A stretch of 64,000 nucleotides of DNA from Leucoraja erinacea (GCF_028641065.1 NC_073412.1:5394001-5458000); one strand, 5' to 3'; positions 1 to 14,137 are shown, counted from the stretch's first letter. Translations and numbers: made by a program. The notes: generated by a model from the letters alone, not told the origin.

Positions 1-850
1 GTGTTTATACATAGTGCCCCCATTTCAGGGCACCATAATGTTTGGGACACCGTAGTGTCATGTAAATGAAAGTAGTCATGTTTAGTATTTTGTTGCATAT
101 CCTTTGCCTGCAATGACTGCTTGAAGCCTGGATTCATGGACATCACCAGTTGCTGGGTGTCTTCTCTGGTGATGCTCTGCCAGGCCTGTATTGCAGCCAT
201 CTTTAGCGCATGCCTGTTTTGGGGGCTAGTCCCCTTCATGTTTCTCTTCAGCATATAAAAGGCATGCTCAATTGGGTACAGATCGGGTGATTGACTTGGC
301 CACTCAGGAGTTGACAAATTTTCAGCTTTGAGAAACTCCTTTGTTGCTTTAGCAATTTGTTTCGGATCATTGTCTTGCTGTAGTATGAACTGCCGGCCAA
401 TGAGTTTTGAGGCATTTGTTTTAACTTGAGCAGATAGGATGTGTCTATACACATCAGAATTTATTAAGCTACTACCATCAACAGTTGTATCATCAATAAA
501 GATAAGTGAGCCAGTACCTTCAGCAGCCATACATGCCCAGGCCATCACACCCCCACCACCGTGTTTCACAGATGAGGTGGTATGCTTTGGATCTTGGGCA
601 GTTCCTTCTCTCCTCCATACTTTGCTCTTGCCATCACACTGATATAAGTTAATCTTCATCTCATCTGTCCACAAGACCTTTTTCCAAAACTGTGGTTGAT
701 CTTTTAACTACTTCTTGGCAAACTGTAAACTGGCCATCCTATTTTTGCAGCTAACCAGTGGTTTGCATCTTGCAGTGTAGCCTCTGTATTTCTGTTCATG
801 AAGTCTTCTGTGGACAGTGGTCATTGACAAATCCATACCTGACTCCTGAA
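1..850 (-). mobile_element. Tc1/mariner DNA transposon remnant (decayed DD34E transposase and right terminal region)
   Basis: Minus-strand translation gives typical Tc1 transposase motifs: TTVHRRLHEQKYRGYTARCKPLVS, VKHGGGGVMAWACM, FILQQDNDPK and WPSQSPDLYPIEH. The frame is broken by stops. Confidence 0.9.
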
Positions 851-854
851 GACA

Positions 855-955
855 ACAGGTGCAGGAGGCCATTCGGCTCTTCGAGCCAGCACCGCAATTC
901 AATGTGATCATGGCTGATCATCCCCAACCAGTACCCCCGTTCCTGCCTTCTCCCC
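855..955 (-). mobile_element. CR1-type LINE 3' tail fragment
   Basis: ggtgcaggaggccattcggctcttcgagccagcacc...gatcatggctgatc is the reverse complement of the CR1 3' UTR seen at 52050-52143. Confidence 0.75.
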
Positions 956-3489
956 TACAGTAGATAGACAATTTATGGGCTTGGCAGGTAAAGCTCGCGA
1001 GTCGGGATTTTATTACAAGCTCGTTTCCGGGTAAATTTCGCACTCTGTTTGTGTTCCATTGCCATCGAAAGGAAGATTGAAGAAAATGCCAGACTCAGAG
1101 GCCAGTTCTTTTGTGTAAGAGGAGGACAAAAATGCACAGATAAACTGATTCTTTTTAAATGGCTGTACTTCAGTCAATCTGTTAAGCTTCTGCTTACATG
1201 AAAGATGATACACTAAACATATGCTTTAGGAGACGAGGTGGGGTGTCAAAGGAACACATGGTGACACATGATATGTAATGCAGACTGCTTCCTTTCTGCT
1301 GAATGTACATGGCATTGGCCATTTAATCAACAGGAACAATAAAATCAACTTCGCAAGATCTACTTACGTCAAATGCTTTAGAGTTTTGCTCGACAAAGTC
1401 TCATGAAAGGACATTTGCCACGATATTAGTATCAAATTATCTTCCAAACGTGAAATTCTTCCCAATACTTCACAGAAGGGAATTGGCAATTTTGTTTTGA
1501 ATCAGGGAGTTTTTATTAGTCTTGTATTTAAGCAAAGTATTTATTAATAGTATTTATAGCAAAGTATTTATTAATAAAAGCATGACATTAGACTCATCAA
1601 GATAACCCTAGATGAAATGGGACTAATTGGCTCATTGTCATTTTATTAGTTATTAGCAAGGAAACGGAGGTCTGGGTGTATCTGCTCCACACTGGTTTCC
1701 TCACAAGTCTATGGCTTTCTCCAGCTTCCATCAGGGAGACCATGTAATGACTCTCTCGGTGAGTGCTTAGGGTGTCTGCTGGAGTGAGAGGCCCTGCACT
1801 GCTTCCTTCTGGGCTCCAGGGAGCATCGCATCAATTGCTCTCAGCTAAATGCACTTGCCCATGAATATTTCAGTACAATTTAATGTTTCTGTACAAACCC
1901 CTCAGGAGCAGAGCATCAATTTGTGAACAGAGCTCTCGCAGAGTTAAAAGCCAGGCCATATACTGCAATATCAAAAAGTCCGGAAACCTGCTGGGAATTT
2001 ATTTTTAGTAAAAGCAGGAGGCAGCGGCGAAGCTAGCCTTTAAGAGTTCCTGCTGCACACAAACATACTCCCAGAAGTTTCTCCTGCGGTCTACCCAACT
2101 CCCAGCACAGACAAATCATTTTGCTTTTCCAAGGCAAAAAGACAACGTGGAAAGCAAAGCAATTTGCAAGCCTCGACCCAAACCACTAAAGGTCCCGGCA
2201 GATACCAGTTGTTCCATATTTCTCCATTTACAGTAACGCATGAACCCACATAATCTGCCGCCAGGACAACAAAACGCATTGCAAAAACTAACACGGCCTC
2301 CAGTGAAAAATGGATTGAAACTATTTTCAAACCACAACTAGTTACCTCACCCATTATTTCTCTCCAGAGATGCTGTCTGTCCTGCTGAGTTACTCCAGCA
2401 TTTTGTCTCTATCCTCGGTGCAAACCAGCGTCTGCAGTTCCTTCCTGCACTAGTTATTCCGGCTGGAGAGATGTTAACTCAGTCAGACGTGTCGTGCGGG
2501 TACATGACAACACACAAACATATGCACTCTGCCACACATGGGCTTATACTTACAGCCTGCCATATGCCATCTCTAATTCAAACCATCACTCAGTGAACAA
2601 TAACTTCCCAAACGCGCTTCGAAAAGCAATGAGAGTCCCTCCGTACTGCACAGGAGCGCCAGTGTGGTTTCATGTATTCTAGACTTGTAATGGAAACTAA
2701 TTCCACAAGCTATGACAATGACGTGGAAGTGCTACAAACTTGGAGTCAGGTAGATGGTGTTTAATTAAGGATGAACAGTACAAGTCAACATTCTGCGGCT
2801 GGGAAAATCAGAAATACTTCAAAGTACCTGCCACGGACAGTTAGTACTTCGTAGCTACTGCATAGGTTAAATATCCCATCTGCGCTCCGTCATCTGTGTA
2901 GAACTATTCCAACATCTTAACCTGAGCATCACTTTTTGGTGTTACAAAAATATTATACGAGCTCAGAGCTACAAAAAAAAAATTCCAGGATACAAGCAGG
3001 ATACAAGGGAAAGACTTGCCGACTGGGCTTTCATGGGAACATCTTCCAACGTGCTATTTAACTTTCAGCCAAAATTGAAATGGTGAAAAGGACCCAAGAG
3101 AGTAATACTGGTTCGATCTATCTACAGGATTCAAGAATTACATGTTTTTTATATTAAAGAAAGCCTGGTCAATTTCCATATTCGTGCTATATTTTATACT
3201 ATTTATTTTAAGTAGTTCTGCATTTTATAAGTAGTGAGGTATAAAAGCACCTGTCGGTGTGACATGATGGGACACACAGGGCTTTGACATATGCTACAAA
3301 AAGAGATGGCAGATTTTAGATGCTAAGCACCACATCCATTGCGGGGTTAACCTCTGAATTTCTACTTGTATGTAGCTGCAATTAACAATACACCAAACCT
3401 CGCTCCATGAAAGAGAAATTAGCACAGAGTTTCCAATAGTCTTTTAGGTTTACAATTCCGTGAGGGTTTCAAATAAAGGCTACAGAGTT

Positions 3490-3786
3490 AAGAGCCTGTC
3501 CCATTTTCCCGAGTTATTCACGACTTCTCCCGAGTTTTCCTCTTGATTCAAATTCGGAGAATGTCCGTAGCAAGTCCGCAGAGATATTTCGTAGCGGCTC
3601 GTTATGCCAGCCGTAGGTACACAGGGCATCAGGTAAGTCGGGACGTTTTTTCCAGCATGTCAATAAAGTCCACGAGTAAAAATATAGTCGAGAGGAGGAG
3701 TTCGTAGATCACAAAAATCTTGATTTCTTTTTTTTAAGGTCCTTCCAACTCAGCAGAGGACTCGGGATAGTGTGACAGGCCCTTTA
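3490..3786. mobile_element. MITE with CCTGTCCCA terminal inverted repeats (PIF/Harbinger-like, non-autonomous)
   Basis: Left end aagagcctgtccca and right end tgtgacaggccctt, in a TAA/TTA context. Same TIR as 11811-12186. Confidence 0.65.
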
Positions 3787-4377
3787 AGGGAGAGAAATCT
3801 TTTCCAAATTGGGGGCAATAGCTTTGAACAATTTCTCTTTTTTCATGCTACCAGAAGGAAAACAATGAGAGTCGAGTGACCAAATAGACCACCTGGGAAG
3901 ACACACCTTTTACGATTTTTGTAATTGCAAATTGCATCATTCTTCATTAGTAAGTAAGTAAATAAGTAAGTTTTATGTATATAGCACATTTTAAGTCAAC
4001 TCGCATTGACACCAAAGTGCTTTACATAAAATAACTAATAAGTTTCCATACCATAGAAAAAGGTTAACAAAAAAATTAAGGTTACCCAGTGTATATCCCA
4101 ACACCATCCGATAGTTTACACACAAAACTAACTGGAAAATTAAATGCGCTATTTCTGATTAGAAAGTGATGAGGAGCAATATTTACCATTCATTTGATAG
4201 ACTCAAAGTGCTAATTCAAAATTCAGAAGGATCTCGATCCAAAACGCACCCATTCCTTCTCTCCAAAGATGTTGCCTGTCCCGCTGAGTTACTCCAGTAT
4301 TTTGTGTCTATTTTCGGTTTAAAGCAACATCTGCAGTTCCTTCCTACACTTTACCATTCATGTAATATACTTAACAT

Positions 4378-4505
4378 ACACATAGAAACATAGAAATTAG
4401 GTGCAGGAGTAGGCCATTCGGCCCTTCGAACCTGCACCGCCATTCAATATGATCATGGCTGATCATCCAACTCAGTATCCCGTACCTGCCTTCTCTACAT
4501 ACCCA
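4378..4505 (-). mobile_element. CR1-type LINE 3' tail
   Basis: (catagaaa)n tail followed by the shared 3' UTR. Confidence 0.8.
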
Positions 4506-4829
4506 TACACAATCTACACATACACTCTCCATACACAATCGACACATCTTGCTGTGTGGTGTTGGTAATATGCCAGGCTACATCACAAGAGTTTTACTCC
4601 TTTGGGTACCAAATGTAACTCAGAAAATATATTCACCTGGAAATCCCCGTCTCACTTCCAAGCTTTCGTTGTACTGAAACGCGGGGGATAAGGGTCTCTG
4701 TATTTCAAGCCAGTACTATGCCTGTTGCACCTCCCACATATGTTGAAGGGGTAGATAGGAAGTTGAGTGAGAAAGGAACAAAAGGATGCACCAGCAAGGT
4801 CAGATGAGTGATGAGTTAGACCTTCAAAC

Positions 4830-5585
4830 TCACCAAACTTTGATCAACTTTGATAAATTGCAGTGAACTGTGGATGCAGCCCAGGCCATCACGCAAACCA
4901 ACCTGCCTTCCATTGACTCCATCCACACTTCACACTGCCTCGGCAAGGCCACCAACATGAGTCTCACTCCGGACACCTCCTTCGTCTCCCTTCTCCCCCC
5001 AGGCAAGGGGCACACCTCCAGCTTCTTCCCAGCTTTTATCGGGCAACTGAACCATCCTCTCACCAGCTTGAGAGCGAGTTGGGCGAGTCCAGAACCAGAG
5101 GCCACACAGTCTTAGAATAAAGGGGAGGTCATTTAAGACTGAAGTGAGAAAAAACTTTTTCACCCAGAGAGTTGTGAATTTGTGGAATTCCCTGCCACAG
5201 AGGGCAGTGGAGGCCAAATCACTGGATGGATTTAAGAGAGAGTTAGATAGAGCTCTAGGGGCTAGTGGAGTCAAGGGATATGGGGAGAAGGCAGGCATGG
5301 GTTATTGATAGGGGACGATCAGCCATGATCACAATGAATGGCGGTGCTGGCTCGAAGGGCTGAATGGCCTCATCCTGCACCTATTTTCTATGTTTCTATG
5401 TCCTGGCCTACCATCCACTTCAAATGAGACCCTCGGACTAACTTTAAATGGACTTCCCTCTATCCTGTATCTGTACACTGTGGACGGCTTGATTGTAATC
5501 ATGTTTAATCATTCCGCTGACTGGATAGCATGCAAAAAAAACTTTTCACTGTACCTTGATATACATGACAATAAACTAAACTAAT
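4830..5585 (+). mobile_element. Rex1/Babar-like LINE 3' remnant interrupted by a CR1 3' fragment (about 5102-5401)
   Basis: VDAAQAITQTNLPSIDSIHTSHCLGKA...LLPPGK...FFPA resembles the Rex1-type ORF C-terminus, and the element ends in gacaataaactaaactaa. The inner segment encodes CR1 FFTQRVVNLWNSLPQR and ends in (ttctatg)n. Confidence 0.7.
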
Positions 5586-6019
5586 CTTAAAAACCACCAC
5601 TATGGACTGAATGGTCTATGCTAAATATTCTGAAGTTCACAAGATTCTAAAAGGATTAAATGTTAATGTAGAACTTTCATAGACCCTACTTAAACGGTCT
5701 TAGAATGAATAGAAGTCTGCTCAAATCTCTCAATACGCTACCAGCAGGGAGAGGAGCCCATGTCCAAGCATCCATACACTGCCAACTTGAATCACCAGCA
5801 TAAAATTCACAGCTAGACTGCATACATCAAATGTAGTCAGTTGTAAATATATCAGATTGGAGGCTGCAATATAACAAAATAATGCATCAGAGTTAAAGCA
5901 CAGCTGGCTCAGTTTCTGTTTAATTTTTAGTAAGAACAGCTGGAAATTAAAATAAATTGCCAAATCCATTCTATGGGTGAACTCAACGTGTGAGCTACAG
6001 TCAGGGTGTTTTCCCTCTC

Positions 6020-6181
6020 GTTGCAGGTTCCCGGAGGTTTTTGTCAGTCTCCCTACCTGCTTCTACTACCTGCAACCTCTGGCAACCACCTGCAACCTCC
6101 GGGAACCGCACGGAAACCTTGGGTGGGGCGCAAAGTCTCCAGAGGTTTCCGTTCAGGTTTCCTAAGTGGGACAGGGGCATA
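6020..6181. mobile_element. Palindromic MITE, right half
   Basis: Ends cctaagtgggacaggggcat. Same family as the full copies at 31399-31610 and 53422-53640. Confidence 0.75.
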
Positions 6182-6817
6182 AGCACATCACATGCAGATT
6201 GGTGAGGTGAGAAACAAAATCATATTCAATTTACACACACACACACAAATAAAGTCCATGCAGGGAACAAGCACTTATGCCTGCTTTGCGAGGCACTTCT
6301 GCGTTTAGAGGCTGTGTGTATTCTCAGGGCACATTATTTATGTGCACTTACGGGTCTCACTAACCATTGAGAGCTTCAGCTGAGCCACAGAGAACAAACG
6401 CAATGTTCCTTAGTGAAACTCGGTAATGTCCGATATCCTTTAATGGAACCTTAAGATGAAAGATTCTAAAAAAAGTTCCCTCAGAATGTTAAGCAATTAA
6501 CCCTCTGAGCACATGCACCGTCTTGCGAGTAAAACCCACATTGAATATTTATTTTAATTTTCTCAGTACTCTATCGCTTAAAGATGACAAAATCCAATTC
6601 AAGTCAGTCCATTAATGTGAATGTCACAGAAACATAGAAGATAGGTGCAGGAGTAGGTCATTCGGCCCTTCGAGCCTGCACAGCCATTCAATGTTCATAT
6701 CCAGTGCACGACACAAATAAATGCTATAAATAATTTTTTTAAATGGACCTTTAACGTGAAGTGGAAATACAAGTCTAAAATATCCATCATTTAAAATCCA
6801 TGATTTCTATAGAGCTA

Positions 6818-7300
6818 ATAGAAACATAGAAACATAGAAAATAGGTACAGGAGTAGGCCATTCGGCCCTTCGAGCCTGCACCGCCATTCAATATGATCAT
6901 GGCTGATCATCCAACTCAGTATCCTGTACCTGCCTTCTCTCCATACCTCCTGATCCCTTTAGCCACAAGGGCCACATCTAACTCCCTCTTAAATATAGCC
7001 AATGAACTGTGGCCTCAACTACCTTTGGTGGTAGAGAATTCCAGAGATTTATCACTCTGTGTGAAAAATGTTTTCCTCATCTCGGTCCTAAAAGATTTCC
7101 CCCTTATCCTTAAACTGTGACCCCTTGTTCTGGACTTCCCCAACATCGGGAACAATCTTCCTGCATCTAGCCTGTCCAACCCCTTAAGAATTTTGTAAGT
7201 TTCTATAAGATCCCCCCACAATTTTCTAAATTCTAGCGAGTACAAACAGAGTCTATCCAATCTTTCTTCATATGAAAGTCCTGCCATCCCAGGAATCAGT
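6818..7300 (-). mobile_element. CR1-type LINE, 5'-truncated
   Basis: ORF 7015-7287 (LSYEERLDRLCLYSLEFRKLWGDLIETYKILKG) is the CR1 ORF2 C-terminus, followed by a (TTTCTATG)n tail. Confidence 0.9.
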
Positions 7301-7619
7301 TAGGAAATAAAATGTAAATCAGATGCTGGAAAAACCAGAGCGATTTTATTAACAAACAATAACCGAGAACTGAAGCAACTAACACCTATCTATGAAATTT
7401 ACTACCTAGATCCATAGAGGAAAATGCCTAAACTGAAACCAAGGATCTCCTGTCTCTGGTTAAGATGACTATTTTAATCCACCTTGTCTCGTTTCAAGTT
7501 GTGCCACAATTCCCGTCGACAAAACGGAACTAATTCACAACTATTAACATGGTTAAGCAGTAACTTGAGTCACAATCCACCAAACTATCAAGAGTTTCCA
7601 GCACTCTTTGCATCAACAA

Positions 7620-7925
7620 GTAGCACAGTGGCGCTGCGATAGAGTTGCTGCCTTACAACACCAGAGACCCGGGTTTAATCCTAACTATGGGTGTTGCCTG
7701 TATCGAGTTTGTACGTTCGCCCTGTGACCGCGTGGGATTTCTCCGGGTGCACCGGTTTCCTCCCACATTCCAAACGACGTGCAGGTTTGTAGGTTAATTG
7801 GCTTCTGTAAATTGTCCTTCGTTGTGAGGAACGCAAAACTGGGATAACATAGAACTAATCGTTGGTTGGCATGGACTTAGTGGGCTGAAGGGTCCGTTTG
7901 CACACTGTATCTCTAAACAAAACTA
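7620..7925 (+). mobile_element. tRNA-derived SINE (HE1-like)
   Basis: A-box-like gtggcgctgcgatag and B-box-like gggtttaatcc, shared body gagtttgtacgttc...ttcctcccacattcc, and an aaact tail. Related copies recur across the window. Confidence 0.8.
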
Positions 7926-8105
7926 CCAGAGTGCCAGATGTGTCTGCCAATGTCAATGTGCTTTTGAAGCAACAAAGCCACTGTGAATATTCAAAACCTT
8001 TAACTTAATCAGCTGTCGTTCAACGAAAGGAACTCCTGGTGTTTGTTAATGCAGCTGAGATCTCAGAATCTGATTTATATACATACTGAGAAGTAAACAC
8101 ACTCA

Positions 8106-8339
<234 letters not shown>

Positions 8340-9076
8340 TTAAAACTGATTTTTTTCTATTTTTAAATGTAAATTCCTGAATGGTCTCAAAGATCATTTT
8401 ATTTTTTTTTTATGCATTTAACTGATAATTATAAAACATATTCCTAAAGACCTCTTTCAAAAATTCCAACTTTAATTTTACCTACATGTTGGTAATATAT
8501 AGAAATGTCTACTATAAATTTTGCTTTAAAATATGTCGCTCTGAAACACGCATGAACTACTAACTAATAACGTTTGTTCATATGAAATACGCTAGTCAGT
8601 GATGAAGCAGCTTAAGAAATCAAAAAGTTCAGATTACAAAAAATGCATTGGCAATGTATAATGTATAAAAAAATGCATTACCAATCTAATTTGTGAATAT
8701 TATTTTCATTACCAATTTAATTACTATTTATATTACGAACTATAAGTATGTGCATTTTCCTTTATAAAAAAAAATTATGTGTCTAAAGTGGCACACAACC
8801 CAAACAAAAATAAAACTGAATAACTTAAACCCTAACGTCCTGGTGCAAGTTTCAAATCCAGACTTAAAATTGTAACATAGAAATCATGACTTCATTCAAT
8901 AACTTGGAATGAATTCATAGAACTCCAACATTCAAAATTAAATGATGACATGAGATGGATGGATATTCCTCTCCCAAACCTTTGATTCTGTTGTGTTACC
9001 AAGCACTGAGCTCAAAGCAGAAGACCTGATGCAGAACTCAGTTAGCTTATTGCAGCAGGGAATACTTTTTAAACAG

Positions 9077-9275
9077 AAGATAGACATAGATGCTGGAGTA
9101 ACTCAGTGGGATAGGTAGCATCTCTGGAGAGCAGGAATGGGTGATGCTTCGGGTCGAGACCCTTCTTCAGAGGGACCCGAAACGTTACCCATTCCTTCTC
9201 TCCAGAGATGCTGCCTGTCCCGCTGAGTTACTCCAGTATCTTCAGTATAAACCAGCATCTGCAGTTCCTTCCAAA
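9077..9275. mobile_element. Penelope-like terminal-repeat fragment in inverted arrangement (subfamily 2)
   Basis: gctggagtaactcag...gggtcgagacccttcttcag is followed by gacccgaaacgttacccattcc...ctgagttactccag; the two arms are reverse complements. Confidence 0.75.
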
Positions 9276-9999
9276 CAGATGTGCTGAAATCAAATGTTCA
9301 ACCATTATTTTCAAACGGAAAACAGGGGGATAAATACCGCACGATGTGCAGACAAAATCTAATCCTAAAGCCAAGTTGTAGCTTCGATAGTCACGTATTT
9401 GTTACAAATTCCCACGTGTACATTTACAATGGAAATTTGACACTCCAAATAGGCTCCCTCATCGGAGATGCGACTGCAAAAACATCTGCTAATTTTGGGT
9501 ACATAAATACACTCTGAAAAATTAAAATGGTAATCCACACTGTAAACAGCCTTTGTTGATAAGTGAAAATGTTGGCAAGGAATGTGCACAGAGAGAAGCC
9601 ACACCATTTTCGTGTCTAATAATTAAAAGTGGTGTACCTCACGGTACACGAGTTGACACGCTAATGTCACAAAGGCTCAGGCTGTGCTTACTGACAGAGG
9701 GTGTTGCTGCAGGTCCCTTTTGCAGACCATGTCAGTACAGAAACAGCAGCAGCAGCAGCCCAAGTTTCACCACCAGCTGGGAAATTATGCAACACACTAT
9801 TAAAAGACCTGCAAAACTACCTGATGTTGTTTTCATCAGAATAACTAAGATCATGAGGCGAGGGACCATCTCGCCCGGGATTTTTGCCCCAATAAATGTT
9901 ACAATGAAGTGATCCCCAATAACTTCAGAACAATATACTGGAGGAACAGTAAAATAAGGAGACAAATGACACTCACCGACAAGAAAGAATGGGCTATTA

Positions 10000-10092
<93 letters not shown>

Positions 10093-10899
10093 TTACAACA
10101 AAATATATTATTGTTTTATAATAATATTATTTTAATACATATTAAAACAAAAAGTATTAAAACAGTGCATATAACCACTATAAACACACAGAGAAAATTC
10201 ATTTTAAATGCAATGGGCTAGATGTACAAAAAGTCCAGATTCTATTAGTTTCCTCTAGAAAAAAAGTTTTGTCTAATATATTTCAACAAATCATCACTGG
10301 TTAGCTGTGGGAACAAAAGAACTGCAAATACTGGTTAATACACAAAAGAACAAAATACTAGAATAACTCAGCAGGTCAGGCAGCATTTCTGGAGAACTTG
10401 GATAGGTGATGTTTCAGGTTGAGACCCTACTTCAGGCTGGAAGCATGAGTCTGAAAAAACGTCACCCATCTATGTTCTCCAGAGATTCTGCCTGACCTGC
10501 TGAGTTACTCCAGCACATGGCATCCATTCATCACCGTTCCTTTACATGCAGTTAAAGTCGGTCCATATATTGAGCTATTTAATTAGGTTTCACAACTTAT
10601 CAGAGTAAATATATGACTAAGGTGGCTTTGCAGATGCCTAAGAAGGGAGTCAACCCGAAACGTCACCCATTCCTTCTCCCCAGAGATGCTGCTTGTCCTG
10701 CTGAGTGACTCCAGTGGCTATCTACATTATTAGAAGGACTGCCATTCCTTCGTCATTGCCATATTGAATTCAAATAATCTGATACCGAGTGGCCAGGACC
10801 ACAAATAGCAGCCACAAAACTAGAGAGAAAAGAACTATGATTCACTCAGATCATTCAGGGAAAGGAAGCTGCTCCTTGCCTGGTTCAGCCTTTACAGCC

Positions 10900-11210
10900 T
10901 TTAGTAGCGCAGCTGGTGGAGCTGCTGCCTCACATAGCCAGAGACCCAGCTTTGATCCTGACCTCTGTCTGTATGAACTTGGCATGTTCTCCCTGTGTCA
11001 GCGTGAGTTTCCTCCAGGTGCTCTGGTTTCCTCCCACAAGCCAAAGATGTGTGTGGGTTTGTAGGCTAATCAGCCTCTGTAAGTGTGTATAGAGTGGTTG
11101 CGAAAATGGGATGACATAGTACTTATGTGAATAGGTGATCGATGGTAGGTGTGGAATTCAATGGGCCGAAGGACCCGTTTCCATGCTGTGTCGCCAAACT
11201 AAATTAAACA
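10900..11210 (+). mobile_element. tRNA-derived SINE (HE1-like), diverged
   Basis: Same head, body and tail as 7620-7925. Confidence 0.7.
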
Positions 11211-11810
11211 GCAATCCATGTGGCACAACAGAACTCAGATGCACAGGTTTTACTGGTAACAGGTTCGCACAAACAAAAACATTGACATTTTTTAAAGCCA
11301 TTAATTCCAACCTGTGTAATAATTTAACATTTAAAAAACATACAAAATGCCAAGGATCCTCAAAAATCAGCCTGTTGGAAAGAGAAAGGTTAAGATGCTG
11401 GAACATTACCTTTGTGTCTCTCCCTCCAAAGCCATACAAGATGTTGACAACATTCCCAATTTTACTACAAATTACCAACCCCACGGGATATGTTTCATTG
11501 CTCAACTATCCATATATTTTGCAGGAATAAATGAATGAAGGGAACCAACAAACTATGTGTTACATTTAAATGCATATTTTATTCAAATTCATTTTTTTAT
11601 TTGCAGAACAAATTTACTTTTCCAATAACAGTATCTAAAAGTATTGTCAAATCCAAAGCTATCCGACCGGATGATTTGGATTGGATGGGTCAGGCAAAAG
11701 AGAAGCAGGGAATTCGAAAAATGTACCAAAGACCAGCACCTGAGGGAATATTTTTATTTAAATTATATTTTAAGCATTTATGTGATGCAGATTTATTCAT
11801 TATTCTTGTA

Positions 11811-12186
11811 AAGGGCCTGTCCCACGAGCATGCGACTCCATGCGGCAAGCGCAACCTAACGTGGTTGCTTGAGCCGTACGGCCTCGCGGGGCCGGTCCCA
11901 CTTCGATCGCCGGAGCCGTATGGAGTTGTGCGGAGCTGGTCCCGACATCGCGCGGGGCTCAGAAAAACTGACCGTGTTCAAAAATTCCGCGCGGCAACGG
12001 CCTGCCGGACCGCAGCCGCCTCGACGCCATACGTCACGCGCGATCTTCCCGCGGACTTAGCTCGCACTTCGTGTCACTCACTCAACCTCCACGCGGCCCC
12101 CGCTTCTGGTTAGGTCGTGCTTGCCGCATGGAGTCGCATAGGTTGCGCTTGCCGCATGGAGTCGCATGCTCGTGGGGCAGGCCCTT
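11811..12186. mobile_element. CpG-rich MITE with long TIRs (PIF/Harbinger-like)
   Basis: aagggcctgtcccacgagcatgcgactccatgcggcaagcgcaacc is mirrored at the right end. There is an internal ~28 bp tandem duplication near 12115-12167. Confidence 0.8.
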
Positions 12187-12298
12187 TACTGATGCAACTC
12201 TGGATTGCATTAAACGGCTAAAAGATCCATTTGAGCTCATTCCACCTCTAGTTGTGCATCTAATTACTAAAATATTAAACACTGCATCAACTACTCAC

Positions 12299-12400
12299 CT
12301 CCAGATATCACAATTTTTGCACTGGTTAGTTCTGGGCGGTCACTTTTAGACAGATTTTGCTCCAACCATTCGGACAAACCAGCTGCAGCTGGAACTGAAA
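12299..12400 (-). CDS. ETFA: ETFA exon 7
   Basis: AG/GT flanks, 102 nt; encodes [34 protein letters not shown]. Confidence 0.96.
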
Positions 12401-12876
12401 CTGAAAACAAAAAAGCAGGAGACCAAAGATTACTTTTTGTAAAGAAACCCAAAAATAAAACTGCAGATGTTGAAAATCTGAGATAAAAACAGCAAATGCA
12501 GGGATCACTCAGCCGTCTGGTTGCATCTGTGGGAAAAGAATAATTCAGGATCTGACTGTCTGAAAAGGTCAATGTAGATTTTACCAATCAGCGTTAATAA
12601 GAAAAATATTTTTCACAGGAAACAACTTTGTTAGGACAAAGTCTGGTCAGAGTACAAGGGTGGCAGTGTGAAACGAATATTGCACCCCGATAACCGGAGT
12701 AGTTGTTTAGGACATTCTTTTAAAAACAAACAAATGTGGTGACATTAGATAAATTGGTAAAGACATTATCAATGGTGCATACAGCATGATTCTAAAAATA
12801 AAGTAAGTGGCAGGGTAGTATACTTTGATGATGTTTGTTAGGGATTGGAGAATGGACAAAGGAAAGTACAACTCCT

Positions 12877-13068
12877 GGAGAAACTCAGCGGGTGCAGCAG
12901 CATCTATGGAGCGAAGGAAATAGGCAACGTTTCGGGCCAAAACCCTTCTGGTTTCGGCCCGAAACGTTGCCTATTTCCTTCGCTCCATAGATGCTGCTGC
13001 ACCCGCTGAGTTTCTCCAGCTTTTTTGTGTACCTTCGATTCTCCAGCATCTACAGTTCCTTCTTAAAC
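12877..13068. mobile_element. Penelope-derived fold-back insert with 14 bp TSD
   Basis: Inverted arms; flanking direct repeat aaagtacaactcct at 12863-12876 and 13069-13082. Confidence 0.85.
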
Positions 13069-13549
13069 AAAGTACAACTCCTCTTTGGCCATGTGCAGGC
13101 ACAGTCTAATGTCTTCCCCTAATGACGCAACTATCCAATATTATGGTACACAGCACCCTCAGGTTGAGAGCACAAAATTCAGACGTATTGGTTTTGTATT
13201 TAGAATTGAGCTTTTGCCCATAATTTGAGCTTTTGCTAATAAATACCCCCAAGTTTTTTCTCCCAATTTCCCCGCATGTAAAATATCTAAGAGATATGCA
13301 ACTCAGAGCCCTCCATGTTGCACTGACCACATACTGCTAAGTATGCAGGTTCTTAGAAGACACCAGCTGAGCTTGCTGCTGAACTGTTTGTCCGTTAAAG
13401 CAGCACGAGACTGAAGTCATTCCTTAAAATAACTTGGTACCGAATCTCCTACATATATAAATGAATTGTCATGCACTACAAGTCATCAAGGGTATGTAAG
13501 CTTTACTTTCTCTAATGCTACCATCAAGCACAGTCTGGTCAGAATTGCT

Positions 13550-13790
13550 TCAGAAGGAACTGCAGATGCTGGAAAATCGAAGGTACACAAAAATGCTGGA
13601 GAAACTCAGCGGGTGCAGCAGCATCTATGGAGCGAAGGAAATAGGCAACGTTTCCGGCCGAAACCCTTCTTCAGACTGATGGGGAGAAGAAAGGAAAAAG
13701 GAGGAGGAGGAGCCCGAGGGCTGAGGGATGGGAGGAGAGCCCAAGGGCTGAGGAAGGGGAGGAGACAGCAAGGGCTAACAAAAATGGGTC
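13550..13790 (-). mobile_element. Penelope-like 3' terminal fragment with hammerhead-like core
   Basis: Same tail as 28203-28340, flanked by the direct repeat tggtcagaattgct. Confidence 0.8.
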
Positions 13791-14026
13791 AGAATTAACT
13801 GGTCAGAATTGCTGTTGCTTTTGCTATTTAGAACACAGCAAACAGAACAGTACAGGAACACAAGTGACTGGCTCAGATACAATGGACCAAATGGTCTGTT
13901 TAGTTCAATAACCTTTTATGACCATGTTAGAGTAATACTCTTCAGGAAACTGACGTAGTCAAACCTAAACACAAGTTTGCAGCCAGATGTCTGACGCCAA
14001 CACTTATTAGTCTTAAGACCGTTTAC

Positions 14027-14137
14027 CTTCTTCAGAACTTGCATCTCCTCCATCCGTAGCAGCGGCTTCAAAAGCTGTACCTCGCACAGAGAAAACTTTT
14101 ACTTCATCGCTCGATTTCACCGTGCACAGAGCATTTC
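14027..14137 (-). CDS. ETFA: ETFA exon 6
   Basis: AG/GT flanks, 111 nt; encodes [37 protein letters not shown]. Confidence 0.97.
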
